Shown in pieces: positions 27,138 through 36,083 of a stretch of 64,000 nt of DNA. The stretch lies in assembly GCA_038874135.1 (NCBI GenBank), contig JAVZCZ010000001.1, forward strand, positions 64,001 through 128,000, in the 5' to 3' direction. The stretch comes from Candidatus Woesearchaeota archaeon (lineage in GTDB: Archaea; Nanobdellota; Nanobdellia; Woesearchaeales; 0-14-0-80-44-23). The number at the start of each line of letters is the position of its first letter. The stretch's first letter is position 1. The notes beneath the pieces were generated by a model that saw nothing but the letters and a program-made list of their open reading frames with translations, ran no database searches and had not been told where the DNA came from. The position numbers and the translations under genes are program-made.

Positions 27138-28742
27138 TTAATCATAAGCCTTATTAATTCTGAAACTTATCAAGTAGCAGACAGCGCTTCCAAGCACATA
27201 TGTTATCGGCATAAGCACTAAAAGTTCCCTTGCAAGAATTATGCCAGCTCCAGATATTACAGCCCTGCTGAACCCGTATATTATGAATGCCACTACGATG
27301 GACAGCACGGGAATCATTACTGGAACTATCACTTCGTTCCCTAACGAGTTCAGTTTTTCCCCAAGTTTTATCAACGAAAATGCGAATGCGAAGCCCAAAA
27401 TCGCCATTGAACTAAGCAGGAGGAAGGTGCTTGTAATTTTGTTAAGCAGGAGCGCTGTAATCACTAGAACTATCAGATAATTTGTAGTTATCAGCAGTGC
27501 TATAAAAAACCAGTAGAGCATCGGGTTCATATTCAGCTTATACCTCTTAATCAGAGCGTACAATAGCAACGCCTGGTTAATAAGCCAAAAGGACAGAAGG
27601 ATTATAGCGTCGTAGAATATCGCAGGATTTCCAATTACAGCTCCTTTCATCAGGGATGAGAAAGCCCAGCTGAGCAGCCGAGCTGCTATTGGAATTCCAT
27701 AGAATACAAGCACGCACATGCTTACCAGGTATCCTAAAGCGTAGAATATTGCGTAAGCCAACACAATGTTTCTCTCTCTTAAGCTCTGGTAGTGCTGCCT
27801 GAAGTGGTGATGCTTCTTTCCATGAATGAAACTTTGAAAGAATTGCCTTAATAGGAGCTGCGCCTTCTTGTGCAGATTATTAACTTCGGTAAGGTTTTCA
27901 AAAGCGTAGTAGATATCCGTTTTTAGGAAGAAGTAGAACTGCCATGCTATTCCGAAAGCTTCTAAGAGCACTACAAACTTGAGAAACCTCACAATGCTCT
28001 GACTTAGTGTAATTGCTCCAATTCCAGAGAGGTATAAGATAACTATTGATGCTGAAGCAATCAAAAGGTCAGTGGCAATACCAGCCAGGAATACCCTGTA
28101 TCTCTTCTCTCTCTTTATTGAGTAGACATTTGTTACATCAGTTATTGCCACAAGGTAATACAGCCTATTAGTTATTCCGAAAGATGCTTTGAGGTTGTAC
28201 GAGCGGCAGGCAAGCATATGAGCAAGCTCGTGCAGGAAAACCAGAAGCCAGCCAGTTAAGAATGATATAATAACCACTTTTGACATGCTTTCAGTAAAGA
28301 AGTAGTCAGCCATTTTTGGAAAGTAGGAAGGGTTAGAAATTAGTATTCCCAGAGCAAAAGATATTATAAAAGCGTACACAAGATATGCCTCTTCTGAGAA
28401 TAGCCATCTTACATGCTTGGGCTTTATGAAGCGGAATATCTCAATTATGTTTCTCTTACTTTCAATCTTCAAAGGGTTTCCGTCTATGCTTTTCACGAAT
28501 TCGTGCCTTATTAGGTTCTTTATGAATGAGTCAACATTGATTCTTCCAAGGTGCTCCCTGCTTATTTTCCTTATTTCTGATACGCTGTACCCTCTTTCAA
28601 ACAGCTCTAAGAGTTCATATCCCTTTTCGGGTATTCTGACATAAATCTCAGTTTCAGGATTCCCCACGATCCAGAAGTTTCCCTCCCGCCTCTTCACAAG
28701 CTTAAAAAGTTCAAACCTGCTGTGCTCAGAATACGGCTTCAT
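27138..28742 (-). CDS. M50-like membrane zinc metalloprotease with N-terminal PqqD/RRE-like domain (YydH-like)
   Basis: FLHELAH in a TM segment, TDVTNVY...RYRVFLAG, KTDIYY; N-terminal YELLELFERGYSVSEI...FIKNL winged-helix pattern. Confidence 0.75.
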   Translation of the reverse strand: MKPYSEHSRFELFKLVKRREGNFWIVGNPETEIYVRIPEKGYELLELFERGYSVSEIRKISREHLGRINVDSFIKNLIRHEFVKSIDGNPLKIESKRNIIEIFRFIKPKHVRWLFSEEAYLVYAFIISFALGILISNPSYFPKMADYFFTESMSKVVIISFLTGWLLVFLHELAHMLACRSYNLKASFGITNRLYYLVAITDVTNVYSIKREKRYRVFLAGIATDLLIASASIVILYLSGIGAITLSQSIVRFLKFVVLLEAFGIAWQFYFFLKTDIYYAFENLTEVNNLHKKAQLLLRQFFQSFIHGKKHHHFRQHYQSLRERNIVLAYAIFYALGYLVSMCVLVFYGIPIAARLLSWAFSSLMKGAVIGNPAIFYDAIILLSFWLINQALLLYALIKRYKLNMNPMLYWFFIALLITTNYLIVLVITALLLNKITSTFLLLSSMAILGFAFAFSLIKLGEKLNSLGNEVIVPVMIPVLSIVVAFIIYGFSRAVISGAGIILARELLVLMPITYVLGSAVCYLISFRINKAYD

Positions 28743-29033
28743 CCATCATCCTCTTAAAACTATTACACCTTCTATTTTGAGGTTTATTAATTTTTCTTTT
28801 TCCGCCATTTCTGAATTATTTTTGATGAAACAACATCAGATGAACTAAAATATTGACTTTTTTAACTCTATCTATTTCTCTATTTCAGAATTATTAATAC
28901 TTAGTAATTGGCTTTTCAGTGCAGCGATGCTTAAGGCAAATCAAATTTGCGAGTACCCCGAAAAGTTTTCTATTTTTGTGAAAATTCTTCAATTCCCTCT
29001 TCTAAAATGTTTTAAACAAAGATTACCATGTAA

Positions 29034-29561
29034 ATGAAAAAGGTAGGTAAGAGGTGGTCTGCATTGGAAGCAAAATATCTGGCGATGATTAATGAAGAAA
29101 TTTCAATGCTGGAGTGCGAGCCCGTCTTCAAGGATGTCACACGATTGGTTGAAAAGAATCCCGCGCTCACCCTTGAGGAGCTTATCAGCGAACTTTTGAG
29201 TGACAGGGACCTAGAAAAGGATGAGAAGCATCTTAGGGACTCAATAAGCTCTTACCTTAGCTCAGACAGAGCTTATTCTTCATCCCTGCTTTACTTCCTT
29301 GACCTTTCACAAATTGATATAGGTAGAGGTGCTAAGGGCTCCTACAATTATAGGGAGATCATTATTGATGGGCGCAGGCTCACTTCACTTAGGTTTGGAG
29401 AGCATCGCAGCGTGAGGGCAGTTCCTCTTTTTCAAGATGCAGTTGCTACGCTAAGGAACAGTCAGCTTTCAGAAAAGACGGTTAGGTATAAGGGACTTTA
29501 CATAGTTGTTTCTAGGGCTCAGCAGGGAGGCATGCCCTATGAGGTGATGCGCTTTGAATGA
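29034..29561 (+). CDS. candidate ubiquitin-like modifier precursor
   Basis: Ends LYIVVSRAQQGG-MPYEVMRFE (G165-G166 after a hydrophobic strand); first gene of the E2/JAB/E1 operon. Confidence 0.5.
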   Translation: MKKVGKRWSALEAKYLAMINEEISMLECEPVFKDVTRLVEKNPALTLEELISELLSDRDLEKDEKHLRDSISSYLSSDRAYSSSLLYFLDLSQIDIGRGAKGSYNYREIIIDGRRLTSLRFGEHRSVRAVPLFQDAVATLRNSQLSEKTVRYKGLYIVVSRAQQGGMPYEVMRFE

Positions 29562-30714
29562 AATAGTTGAGAGCCCCCTTGAACGCCTGCTCTCTTCAAG
29601 AGAGTGTGTTTTGACTGAAGGGAATGTTTATTCCCTGCTGCCGCCAGGAGTTGGAAGGCTGCGGGCTGTTATAATGGGGATTAAGCTTTCTGCAGAAAAG
29701 ATTTTTGAAACTGTTGAGCTGGACCGCTTCCTAATTCTTGAAAATCCCGAACGGGCTTATGAGCTTGCTGTGAAAAACATATCTAAAGATTATGAGATGA
29801 GGAGCATCATGCCTGATCCTCTTACTGAGCTGGCTTTTGGGCTTGGTGGAATTTTTACAAACCCCGCATTTTATGGGGCTGCTAGAATTCTAGAAAATGC
29901 TCTGCAAGGCGGCATCAATAAGCTAAATCAGCTGGATCTCGATGAAGTAATATTTCAGATTATAAGCAATTCGTGCCGAAAGGGCTTTTTTTCAGCAGGT
30001 TTAAGCCTGGCTTCAGGAGGTAAGATAATTCCAATTTATCCCTGTGCTGATTTAGAAGCCGATTCTGATATATGGCTGGAGGGGCGCTCATACTCTTTTG
30101 GTAAGAATAGGCTCTGGAAGAATGAGCTAACTCTTCTTCACTGGAATGCTTTTGAAAAATTTCTGCAGGAATTCTCATTTCAGGTTGGGATTAGGAGCTT
30201 TCATACTGGTTTGGAAAATATAAGTGAAGAATTAGCATCAAAGGGATTTGTAGAGAGGCATCCTTTTGGAATATTGAAGGTTTCAGAGATGGGAGAAGAT
30301 AGATACTACGCTTACAAATGGCTTAATTCTGGAAGGCAGTATGTCATCACGGATAGGACGAGCGGGGAGCAGTTTCTCTTTCCTACTGCCAGAATAGCTA
30401 CTCTTGTTAGAGTTTCTTCAGGCCGCCTCCTGGATCCCCTCCCGACTTTTTATGTAGTTGAGAGGTACTCTCACCCATTTGTTAAGGATTTTGGTTCAGG
30501 TTTTCAGATGGCTTGTATTGATGGCTCTTTTGTCTCTTCTGAACTGAGCAGATGCTCAAGTGTTCCGGCTAAATATTCTGCAGCCCTTAACATTGCGGAA
30601 AAAACCATGATTCACGGTTATGAGGCGGGAACTTCAGCCCTGCATCCATATCACCTGCTTGATGTTTCAAATTTTAAGAGTGAGCGGCAGGCGTATTTGG
30701 CAAGCACTGGATGA
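29554..30714 (+). CDS. E2/UBC-like protein with large N-terminal region
   Basis: PTFYVVERYSHPFVKDFGSGFQMACIDG resembles the E2 HPN...C active-site segment (H307, C321). Confidence 0.55.
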   Translation: MNEIVESPLERLLSSRECVLTEGNVYSLLPPGVGRLRAVIMGIKLSAEKIFETVELDRFLILENPERAYELAVKNISKDYEMRSIMPDPLTELAFGLGGIFTNPAFYGAARILENALQGGINKLNQLDLDEVIFQIISNSCRKGFFSAGLSLASGGKIIPIYPCADLEADSDIWLEGRSYSFGKNRLWKNELTLLHWNAFEKFLQEFSFQVGIRSFHTGLENISEELASKGFVERHPFGILKVSEMGEDRYYAYKWLNSGRQYVITDRTSGEQFLFPTARIATLVRVSSGRLLDPLPTFYVVERYSHPFVKDFGSGFQMACIDGSFVSSELSRCSSVPAKYSAALNIAEKTMIHGYEAGTSALHPYHLLDVSNFKSERQAYLASTG

Positions 30715-30734
30715 ATGCTAAGGGGTGGTTTTGA

Positions 30735-32117
30735 ATGGCTGGGAGGAAGGTGAGGAGGACTTTAGAGTTGGCTTCACTTTCTGAATTGTTGGATTCTGAA
30801 TTTTCTAGTATAAGAATAACTGATTATGCTTTAAAGAAGATTCGGCTCTACTCAAGCTTGACTACTCAAATCTTTGGATCTGAGTTGGAGTGTGGCGGCT
30901 TTCTTCTTGGCGAATCCGGCTCCGGAATTGTTGAAGATGCAGCACTTTTTCCCAAGCAGGAGGTGAGCAGGTTTTACTACTTGGGAGACCCTTCTTATCA
31001 GCATCTGATTCTGAGTGAGATTTCAGATTTGTCTGAGCTGAGCATATTGGGATGGTGGCACAGCCACAATTCAATGCCCGCATTTCACTCATATGTGGAT
31101 GAGCAAAATTTTGAAGCCCTTTTTAGGTCAATTTCAAATTACAACCGAAAAAAGATTTTTGAATTTAGGAATCCTGTGGACGGGATTGATTTTGAAGGAG
31201 CCGATTCTCTGCGTATCAGACTTACGGATTCTCGCACTGTTGAGATTTCAGGGCTGATGCCTAACTCTCAAGTATCTGCTTTTGAAGTTGAGGTAGTTTC
31301 TTCAGGATTTGCGTACAGCATAGTTGTTAGCTCTTCAGATGAGAATGGTGCTTATGCAGAGGTGATGTTTGAAGAGCCAGGCACTGGTTCAATATTAAAG
31401 CGTATTGCTCAGATAAGTGTTCTGCAATCGCAACAGCACTTTGATGAGGATGATTCTGCTCTCATTTCCTTATTATCTGAGGAGATAAAGAAAAAGATAA
31501 TTCCAGTAGAGCATGTAAAATCTGACAAGGATTCGGCATCTCCTGATCCTATAGTTGTGGGTAAAATACCGGCTGAAGAGAACGAATATTTGAGTGAGAA
31601 CTGCGTTCGCCCTGAAAACATCTCACTTTTAGGAGTAAGAGCTCTGCCTCCTGCACGAAACCTGGAAGGCTGTGAATGTCTAACTCTGGAGCACTTAAAA
31701 TATGGATATGAAGTTGAGTGTGTTATTCAAAATGCTGAGAATGTTCTTGAAAGTTATTACCGTGCAAGAAGTTCGGGTTCAGCTGAGTTAACATTTGATT
31801 CAGCTTATGAGATGTCTGCTCTTTCTGAACTTGCACGATACTATTCCATTTTAAATCAGGTAATATGCAATGGCGGTAATGAGTTTGAAGATTCCTTGTT
31901 GAAGAAGGCTTATACTCTAAATTTGAGGATGCTTGAGGTGGCTGAGCAGGCACTTTCTTCAATTGAGTTTAGCATAAAGTGCGAGCTCTCTAAAAACCAT
32001 CTTTTTTTATCCCTTTTGGGAATAATTTCACCATCTGTTGAGGAGAAGCTTCGTAGCTATGAGCAGGCGAGAGCTCAGATAATAAAATCCTTTAGGCTGA
32101 CCAGAAATGAATATTAA
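30735..32117 (+). CDS. JAB/MPN+ (JAMM) metalloprotease with C-terminal helical extension
   Basis: ECGGFLLG plus GWWHSHNSMPAFHSYVD = E...HxHx7Sx2D. Confidence 0.88.
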   Translation: MAGRKVRRTLELASLSELLDSEFSSIRITDYALKKIRLYSSLTTQIFGSELECGGFLLGESGSGIVEDAALFPKQEVSRFYYLGDPSYQHLILSEISDLSELSILGWWHSHNSMPAFHSYVDEQNFEALFRSISNYNRKKIFEFRNPVDGIDFEGADSLRIRLTDSRTVEISGLMPNSQVSAFEVEVVSSGFAYSIVVSSSDENGAYAEVMFEEPGTGSILKRIAQISVLQSQQHFDEDDSALISLLSEEIKKKIIPVEHVKSDKDSASPDPIVVGKIPAEENEYLSENCVRPENISLLGVRALPPARNLEGCECLTLEHLKYGYEVECVIQNAENVLESYYRARSSGSAELTFDSAYEMSALSELARYYSILNQVICNGGNEFEDSLLKKAYTLNLRMLEVAEQALSSIEFSIKCELSKNHLFLSLLGIISPSVEEKLRSYEQARAQIIKSFRLTRNEY

Positions 32118-33753
32118 AAAGTTTTTTTCAGGAAGACTAAAAAGCGATGCAGCTTATGATTTGATACAGAAGGAGAATTGTGAGTATTCTCCTAATAGCG
32201 TTCAGCACTTGTCTTTGGAGCAGGCGCTCAGAGATTGCCTTATTGGGATAAAGCAGGATGATAATTTGTCTCTAGTTTTTGACAGACAGGCAAAAATTTC
32301 CGGTTGGAAGCAGGATGCCCTTTTGAAATCCTCAGTTGCCATCTTTGGCTCTTCTCCAGCTTCAAATTATCTCGCGGCAGGGCTTTCTGCGCTTGGAGTT
32401 GGGCGTATATACTTAATTCCCGAATCTGCGAAGGCTCCGTCTTCTCAGGAGTTTCTCTCACGATTGGGGTCAAGGTCTATGCCAAGTGGTGATGGCTTGG
32501 AGTACTGGTTGAACTGCAGGTTTCAGAAGAGTCCCCAGTGCAGGGTTTACCTTCTCCGCTCAGCCAGTGAGCTATTCGCATTTAGCATTCCTGACATTGT
32601 TTTAGATGCGTCTCATAATTTAGAAGCCAAGCTTGACGCTCTGGACTTCTCTGCTTCACTGTCCGTTCCTCTGCTTTCGGTTTCTTTTAATGGTTATTCC
32701 TCTCTTGTTTCAGCAGTGTTTCCTGGAGGCGCTTCTGATTTTTCAGGAAGGGGCTATCCGGGGATTTATTATCTTAAAGAGGCTGATGCTCGCAATTCTA
32801 ATTATTTTAACGGTTTTAATATGGCTGCCTGCGGAGTTGCTTCAGGGATTGTTTTGGATATTGTTAGAAAGTTTCTTATGCCCCTCAGCCAGGATGTTTT
32901 TCCAGAGCTTCCCTTCTATTATTCTTTGATTTCTGGCATCTCATATGGTGAGAGCGCTCTTAAATCTGCTTATGAAGATTTTTGCGGATTAGAAGGCATT
33001 TCGGAAAAGATGGTTGCTTCTCAAAAATTGCGGTGCCTGCTTGTTGGGGCTGGCGCTCTCGGGAACTTTGCAGCTTTGGCCCTTTGCCTTTCAGGAATTA
33101 GTGTGGATATAGCAGACTTTGATTCTGTGGAGCTTACCAATGCTAACAGGCAGATTTTAATCTCTGATAGGGATTCCATAGCTTTTGGAAGGAATAAGGC
33201 TGAGGTTCTTTCAGAACGGCTTAGAGAGTTGGGAGCTGACTGCACATTCATAAGGGGCATTGTTTCAAAAGGTGGTGTTCCTGAGGGTTATGCTCTGATT
33301 GATAAAACCTTTGTTCAGAAGAATGAATATGGTTGCATTTTGGGGTGCGTGGATAATCCCCTGGCGAGGGCGCTGTTAAATGAAATTGCTGTTCATCAGA
33401 GGATTCCTTTTTTTGATTCAGGCACTGAGCCTTTTTCAGGAAGCCTACGCTGTTACATTCCTGATATGAGCCCCTGCTTAGACTGCCAGGTTGGCATTTA
33501 TGAGCTAGCTCGCATCTGGGAGGAGCGCACTTTACAGAGGGATTCGTGTTCCCTCTCAGAAAAGGAGCCGAGTGTTGTAATTTCTAATATGTTGTTAGGC
33601 TCTGCGCTTGGCGGAGAATTGCTGAGGTTCTTGATTTTGCAAGAGTCTTTTCTTCCCCTTCTTTATGATTCCAGCAATCTTCACCCGCTCTTATTTTCAG
33701 GGGTAACTCCCGCTCCTTCAAAGAGCTGTTCATGTACTTCAAAAACAGATTAA
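32107..33753 (+). CDS. E1-like enzyme with tandem ThiF domains (inactive + active)
   Basis: N-domain FDRQ..ISGWKQ..L...VAIFGSSPAS (degenerate loop); C-domain VGAGALG, DFDSVELTNANRQ, NKAE, GCVDN..AR, CLDC, DSC, terminal CSC. Confidence 0.88.
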   Translation: MNIKKFFSGRLKSDAAYDLIQKENCEYSPNSVQHLSLEQALRDCLIGIKQDDNLSLVFDRQAKISGWKQDALLKSSVAIFGSSPASNYLAAGLSALGVGRIYLIPESAKAPSSQEFLSRLGSRSMPSGDGLEYWLNCRFQKSPQCRVYLLRSASELFAFSIPDIVLDASHNLEAKLDALDFSASLSVPLLSVSFNGYSSLVSAVFPGGASDFSGRGYPGIYYLKEADARNSNYFNGFNMAACGVASGIVLDIVRKFLMPLSQDVFPELPFYYSLISGISYGESALKSAYEDFCGLEGISEKMVASQKLRCLLVGAGALGNFAALALCLSGISVDIADFDSVELTNANRQILISDRDSIAFGRNKAEVLSERLRELGADCTFIRGIVSKGGVPEGYALIDKTFVQKNEYGCILGCVDNPLARALLNEIAVHQRIPFFDSGTEPFSGSLRCYIPDMSPCLDCQVGIYELARIWEERTLQRDSCSLSEKEPSVVISNMLLGSALGGELLRFLILQESFLPLLYDSSNLHPLLFSGVTPAPSKSCSCTSKTD

Positions 33754-33809
33754 TAACTATTATTTAGTGATAAAAATAGCAATGTTTATATATTAGTTAT
33801 TACTTTATA

Positions 33810-34430
33810 GTGATTATGAAATTGGCGAGATTGGGGGCATTCATCTTAGTATTCCTTTTAGGCTGGCTCTCCAGCCTAGCATATTCTGAAATATCAACAT
33901 ATAAGCGCCAAGCAGCACTCATAGAAGAGTTTTACGATAAAGAAGCTCCTTACGCTCAATATAAATCAGCAGTTCAGCTGGCAAACCCGAATCGGGACAT
34001 GCTGAGAAGTGTGGCTTCGGAAGTTTCATCAGAAGTGGCTTCCCTATTAAACAAACAGGAGGGGCCAAGAGCGCCTCCAGACAGGATTACTGAAAAGCAG
34101 ATTTATGTCTTTAGAGATAAGGTTATACTTGACATTCCAAATGCTGAGTGGGCTTCCTTTACTCCAACTCATTCGATGGAGCCAGTTCTGAACGAGAACT
34201 CAAACGCAATTGAGGTCAAACCTTCTTCAGAATCCGAAATTCAAGTTGGTGACATAATCGCTTACAGGTCAGAATATGCTGAGGGCACGATAATCCACAG
34301 GGTAATTTCAATAGGCTCGGATGAGAAGGGATGGTTCTGTATTGCTAAGGGAGATAACAATCCCAACCCCGACCCTGGCAAGATAAGATTCAGTCAGATT
34401 GAAAGCGTCGTAGTTGCCATAATATATTAA
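33810..34430 (+). CDS. signal peptidase I-like (S26) protein
   Basis: N-terminal TM; HSMEP, VGDII, IIHRV, KGDNN..PD. Confidence 0.85.
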   Translation: MIMKLARLGAFILVFLLGWLSSLAYSEISTYKRQAALIEEFYDKEAPYAQYKSAVQLANPNRDMLRSVASEVSSEVASLLNKQEGPRAPPDRITEKQIYVFRDKVILDIPNAEWASFTPTHSMEPVLNENSNAIEVKPSSESEIQVGDIIAYRSEYAEGTIIHRVISIGSDEKGWFCIAKGDNNPNPDPGKIRFSQIESVVVAIIY

Positions 34431-34482
34431 TAGTTCAAATTCATACTTTTTAAAAGCAGGACATATATGGAGGATTAACAAG

Positions 34483-35223
34483 ATGGGTGATGAACACTCC
34501 CTGGAAGAGAAAGTGAAGCGTTTTCCAGATGAAACATTAGAATATTATAACGAATTTACCTCTCCCTTAGAGGTTGGAGCTGCTGAACTTATAGAAGAAT
34601 TGCTCAGAACTTCCAGCCTTGGAGGATTTCTAGGCTATTCAGAAAGTCTAATTGATATAAAGAGAATGGACTATGAGGTTTTAAATGCACATGGTGTTTC
34701 TTACCATAAGATAGTTGAAAATTTGGAGAAGATTAAGGAAGTGGCAATGCAGCAGTACTCTCAGAGTTCTCTTAAGCATAAGCGCGGCATAGTTTTTTAT
34801 CTTAACAACAACTATGAATTAGTTAGAGATGAAGCAGCTAAACATAAAAATCAGCTGATTACTTTTTTGAAGAAGATTTTGCTTGGCAAAAGCGCCGGCG
34901 ATAATGAAAAGGCTCATTTCAGAGTCTCAATAAGGAAATTGCAGGATGCATATTGTCCCTGGAGTGTAATTCCGGAGTCTCAGAAAGAGCTGAGTGCATT
35001 AAAATGCAGTTACACACTCTCTCCTAATTATGAAATCTTCATTGAGAACCTGCAAAATGGCAGCTCTTTCAGGTTCAACAACTTGCAGCTTCACATGATA
35101 AGTGAACATAAGTTTTTTGAAGGCAGGTACACTGCAATTGCTCATAACTTTATAGTGCACAACTATTACAGAGTAGAACCTCTGAATATCATCAAGACAC
35201 TTGAACTTGGCAGAAATTATTAA
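34483..35223 (+). CDS. hypothetical protein
   Basis: 246-aa ORF with GGAGG SD; GGFLG, CPW, HMISEHKFFEG, YRVEP look like conserved family motifs; function unknown. Confidence 0.6.
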   Translation: MGDEHSLEEKVKRFPDETLEYYNEFTSPLEVGAAELIEELLRTSSLGGFLGYSESLIDIKRMDYEVLNAHGVSYHKIVENLEKIKEVAMQQYSQSSLKHKRGIVFYLNNNYELVRDEAAKHKNQLITFLKKILLGKSAGDNEKAHFRVSIRKLQDAYCPWSVIPESQKELSALKCSYTLSPNYEIFIENLQNGSSFRFNNLQLHMISEHKFFEGRYTAIAHNFIVHNYYRVEPLNIIKTLELGRNY

Positions 35224-35358
35224 AAATGTCTCTTTTCAAACATTCAGCTGAGTAAGCCCTTACAGTTTAGAAAGTTTTAAAAAGCGCGGCACTATCTTTT
35301 CAAATTCTTAAAACTAGTGTAAAAATTAAGTCAGAGCTTGAGGTGGGGGTGGAGCACT

Positions 35359-35466
35359 GTGTATAAACAATTAGAAGTACTAAGCACTAAGAGAGTTTCA
35401 ATTATAATATCCGCACTCGCATCGGCGCTGGTGTTTATTATAACAGTTGTTGCAGCTCTGAGGTAA
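35359..35466 (+). CDS. 35-aa single-TM microprotein (not in ORF track)
   Basis: GTG start after GAGGTG/GGAG: MYKQLEVLSTKRVSIIISALASALVFIITVVAALR. Confidence 0.4.
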   Translation: MYKQLEVLSTKRVSIIISALASALVFIITVVAALR

Positions 35467-35551
35467 TCCCTAAATTTTTTACTAGTAAATTCGTAAGATT
35501 TTCGCCTTTTAATCAATATATCTTATTAATTTAAATTATTAACAAAAAATT

Positions 35552-35875
35552 ATGGATCTAAAATATGAGTCGCTCTGTAAAATTTCATTAGCCTCATCGC
35601 TTTTAGGCATAGTGCTTCTCTTCCTGATGCTTCAAAATGCTCCCAGCTCAGCTTTTCCGCAGCAGGAAAGCCCTCAGATGAGGTTTAGGTCAAACTTTAC
35701 AGTTACTTCGGTCATCCCTAAGAGGGACTATTTCCTTGTAGGGCTTTATGGCTGCAGTTCTGTGCAAGCTAGATTTTATGGCGAGAAAATAGAACTTCTT
35801 CCCAATCAGAGCATATCTGCTCTGCTGGAGAATAGGGGAAGCTATCTTCTTCTGCTGGGTTGGGAGAAAAATTAG
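35552..35875 (+). CDS. hypothetical membrane-anchored protein
   Basis: N-terminal TM then a short beta-rich domain. Confidence 0.5.
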   Translation: MDLKYESLCKISLASSLLGIVLLFLMLQNAPSSAFPQQESPQMRFRSNFTVTSVIPKRDYFLVGLYGCSSVQARFYGEKIELLPNQSISALLENRGSYLLLLGWEKN

Positions 35876-35891
35876 TGCTCCTAAATTTGGG

Positions 35892-35956
35892 AGTGCCTCA
35901 GCGAGTTCCATCTCATCATCTCTTTCTCAGGCGGGAATAACTTCATCATCGGCACT
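35892..35956 (-). ncRNA. box C/D methylation guide sRNA
   Basis: Minus strand: stem AGTGCC, C ATGATGA, guide AGTTATTCCCGC, D' CTGA, C' ATGATGA, guide GATGGAACTCG, D CTGA, stem GGCACT. Confidence 0.88.
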
Positions 35957-36021
35957 TCAAATATTTGCCTGCTTCATTTCAAAATTTTTTTGACATTTAA
36001 ATTATTTTCTTTCTATCTATT

Positions 36022-36036
36022 CCGAAACACTTTCGG
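36022..36036. promoter_or_regulatory. inverted repeat, possible operator
   Basis: CCGAAA-CAC-TTTCGG between the divergent C/D sRNA and the tctA-like gene. Confidence 0.3.
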
Positions 36037-36083
36037 TTTGAGGGCAGTTGAGCTTATTTATTCATAAATGTATTATACCTTAA

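Noticed and set aside
32107-33753. ThiF/MoeB role in thiamine, molybdopterin or RiPP synthesis
   Set aside because: No ThiS/MoaD, rhodanese or cofactor genes nearby; tandem-domain E1 with JAMM and E2-like neighbours fits conjugation better (a RiPP link via the M50 peptidase is not fully excluded)
35690-35980. Minus-strand frame with regularly spaced in-frame TGA codons (recoding/selenoprotein idea)
   Set aside because: The TGA/GATGATGA pattern is better explained by the C/D boxes of the sRNA; all other genes use standard stops
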